A stretch of 64,000 nt of DNA from Vicugna vicugna (lineage: Eukaryota), in assembly GCA_013265495.1 (NCBI GenBank), contig MU057719.1, positions 558,001 to 622,000 of the forward strand, given 5' to 3'. Shown piece after piece: positions 62,860 through 64,000 of the stretch. Both the position numbers and the translations under genes were made by a program. The first letter of the stretch is position 1. Every line of letters begins with the position of its first letter. The notes under the pieces are model-generated. The model did no database searches, was not told the origin of the DNA, and saw only the letters and a program-made list of their open reading frames with translations.

Positions 62860-63300
62860 CTTGTGGTGGCGCTGACGGCCGCTCAGCCCTCTGACCTGCT
62901 TCCCTCCTGTGCAGCGAACATGACGTGGGAGAGGACATCTACGACTGCGTCCCGTGCGAAGATGAAGGGGACGACATCTACGAGGACATCATCAAGGTGG
63001 AGGTGCAGCAGCCCATGGTGAGCCCCTGCGCGCCCCGCCCGCCCTGCGCTGCGCCCCGCCCGCCCCGCGCCGCGTCACAGCCTCTGCGCTGACCCCAGCG
63101 TCTGAGCCACCAACAGGGAGCTGCACCGGGTCCTTCCCGGCCCCCATGGGGGTCCTCCCCTCGGGCCAGTCGGCCAGGAGCCCTTCTTCCCTCTGGAATG
63201 TTCTAGGGAGACTGTGACCGCCCCGGCACGACACCTCCCCAGACGCGCGGCCGTGGAAGTCTCTGAAGGGCGCCCGGGGCTCGTGGTCCTGCCCAGGGAG
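62860..63300. promoter_or_regulatory. CpG-dense patch over exon 5 with GC-box-like repeats (gcgccccgcccgccc) just after the donor
   Basis: Visually CpG-dense; imperfect ~20-nt repeat at 63028-63075. Confidence 0.5.
62915..63017 (+). CDS. VAV2: VAV2 coding exon (exon 5 equivalent), acidic region: (D)[34 protein letters not shown], Tyr159/Tyr172 equivalents, ends at Met184
   Basis: Acceptor ctgacctgcttccctcctgtgcag, 103 nt, donor ATG|gtgagc. GA+C forms the Asp codon; near-identical to recalled human/mouse VAV2. Confidence 0.98.
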
Positions 63301-64000
63301 CCCAGGCAGTGACTTCTGCTGGTCTCAGCAGCCCGCACCCCTCCGCCCCTTTGTGCAGAGAGCGGCGAGCCGCCCTTGGCTCGGCTAGCCAGCTGCGCAT
63401 CTTTCAGGAGCGGGTGCTTCTTTCCAACGGGCGCTGGCTAATCATCTCTCGGACGCCTGTCTGCTGCAGCTCCATTGTGTCGCCCACAGCTGCCGAGCTG
63501 GGGGAGAGGGGGTGGCCCTGCTGGGCCAGGATGGGAGACGGGGACCTGGTGGGGCGGGCCACAGCCCCCTCACACCCCCAGGCTCCTGGGGCGGCCGAGA
63601 TGCCGCGTACCAACTGCAGAGGCTTTTGGTACCATTTGTTTTCACCCAAGAAATGGGGGAAATTTCTCAGAAAGCAAATTTCAGTGTTTTTCGTTGGTGT
63701 GGGAGTAACCAGCTGGGGATGGAGAAGCAGAATTCTGGGAGACAGCTCCCAGAGGCCTTTCAGAGGGGCTCCCCTGCCGGGAGAGGGGCAGGGGTGCTGG
63801 GCGGCGGCTCACAGCCTCCAGACTCTGCCGTCAAGGACGTTTTCTCATGTGGCCTCTCACGCGTCTGAAGGTGGGTTTCCTTCTCCATAGGTGCTAGGGA
63901 TCTCGCTCCGGAGGCAGCTGTGGGTCTGTGACCCCTGGTCTGCCCTCCCCCGGGCAGCCTTGCAGTGGGCAGCCCTGCTCCCGAGCCTTCCAGGGCAGTG
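63018..64000 (+). other. VAV2: VAV2 intron 5, 5' portion
   Basis: Follows the exon 5 donor; neither the 15-nt IRYMQ exon nor the KMGMTEDD exon was found before the window end. Confidence 0.85.

Larger units (their letters stand above)
46727..62914 (+). other. VAV2: VAV2 intron 4 (16,188 nt, GT-AG, phase 2)
   Basis: Bounded by the identified donor and acceptor. Confidence 0.93.

Noticed and set aside
30566-62914. Near-equal lengths of introns 3 and 4 (16,092 and 16,188 nt) suggesting an ancient tandem duplication
   Set aside because: Different repeat content and no colinear similarity seen.
1-64000. A novel multi-gene biological system
   Set aside because: All recognisable coding signal is accounted for by three VAV2 exons; the remainder is consistent with intron, repeats and candidate regulatory DNA.

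Overview
Very GC-rich mammalian genomic DNA lying entirely inside the VAV2 gene (Rho/Rac guanine-nucleotide exchange factor) on the + strand. Only three short coding exons are present: 30507-30565, 46658-46726 and 62915-63017. They match human VAV2 exons 3, 4 and 5 from memory (end of the calponin-homology domain plus the autoinhibitory acidic region with the three regulatory tyrosines) and splice in frame through canonical AG/GT sites. The rest is intron: the 3' part of a long intron 2 (>30 kb here), intron 3 (16,092 nt), intron 4 (16,188 nt) and the start of intron 5. The introns hold old repeats (MIR, L2, L1M, MLT1 LTRs, MER-class DNA transposons), simple repeats, a 61-N gap, CpG-dense patches and AT-rich motif-dense islands that look like enhancers. 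A tRNA-Ala-derived short SINE, with no Alu, B1/B2, Bov-tA, PRE or CAN SINEs seen, suggests a camelid (inference). The many long ORFs in the six-frame track look like GC-content artefacts. I found no convincing novel gene or multi-gene system. The best leads are modest hypotheses: strong AT-to-GC remodelling of fossil repeats, a variant-telomere/GGGTCA array, possible alternative VAV2 processing, and candidate enhancers. Repeat family names are from memory, repeat boundaries are approximate, and no searches were run.
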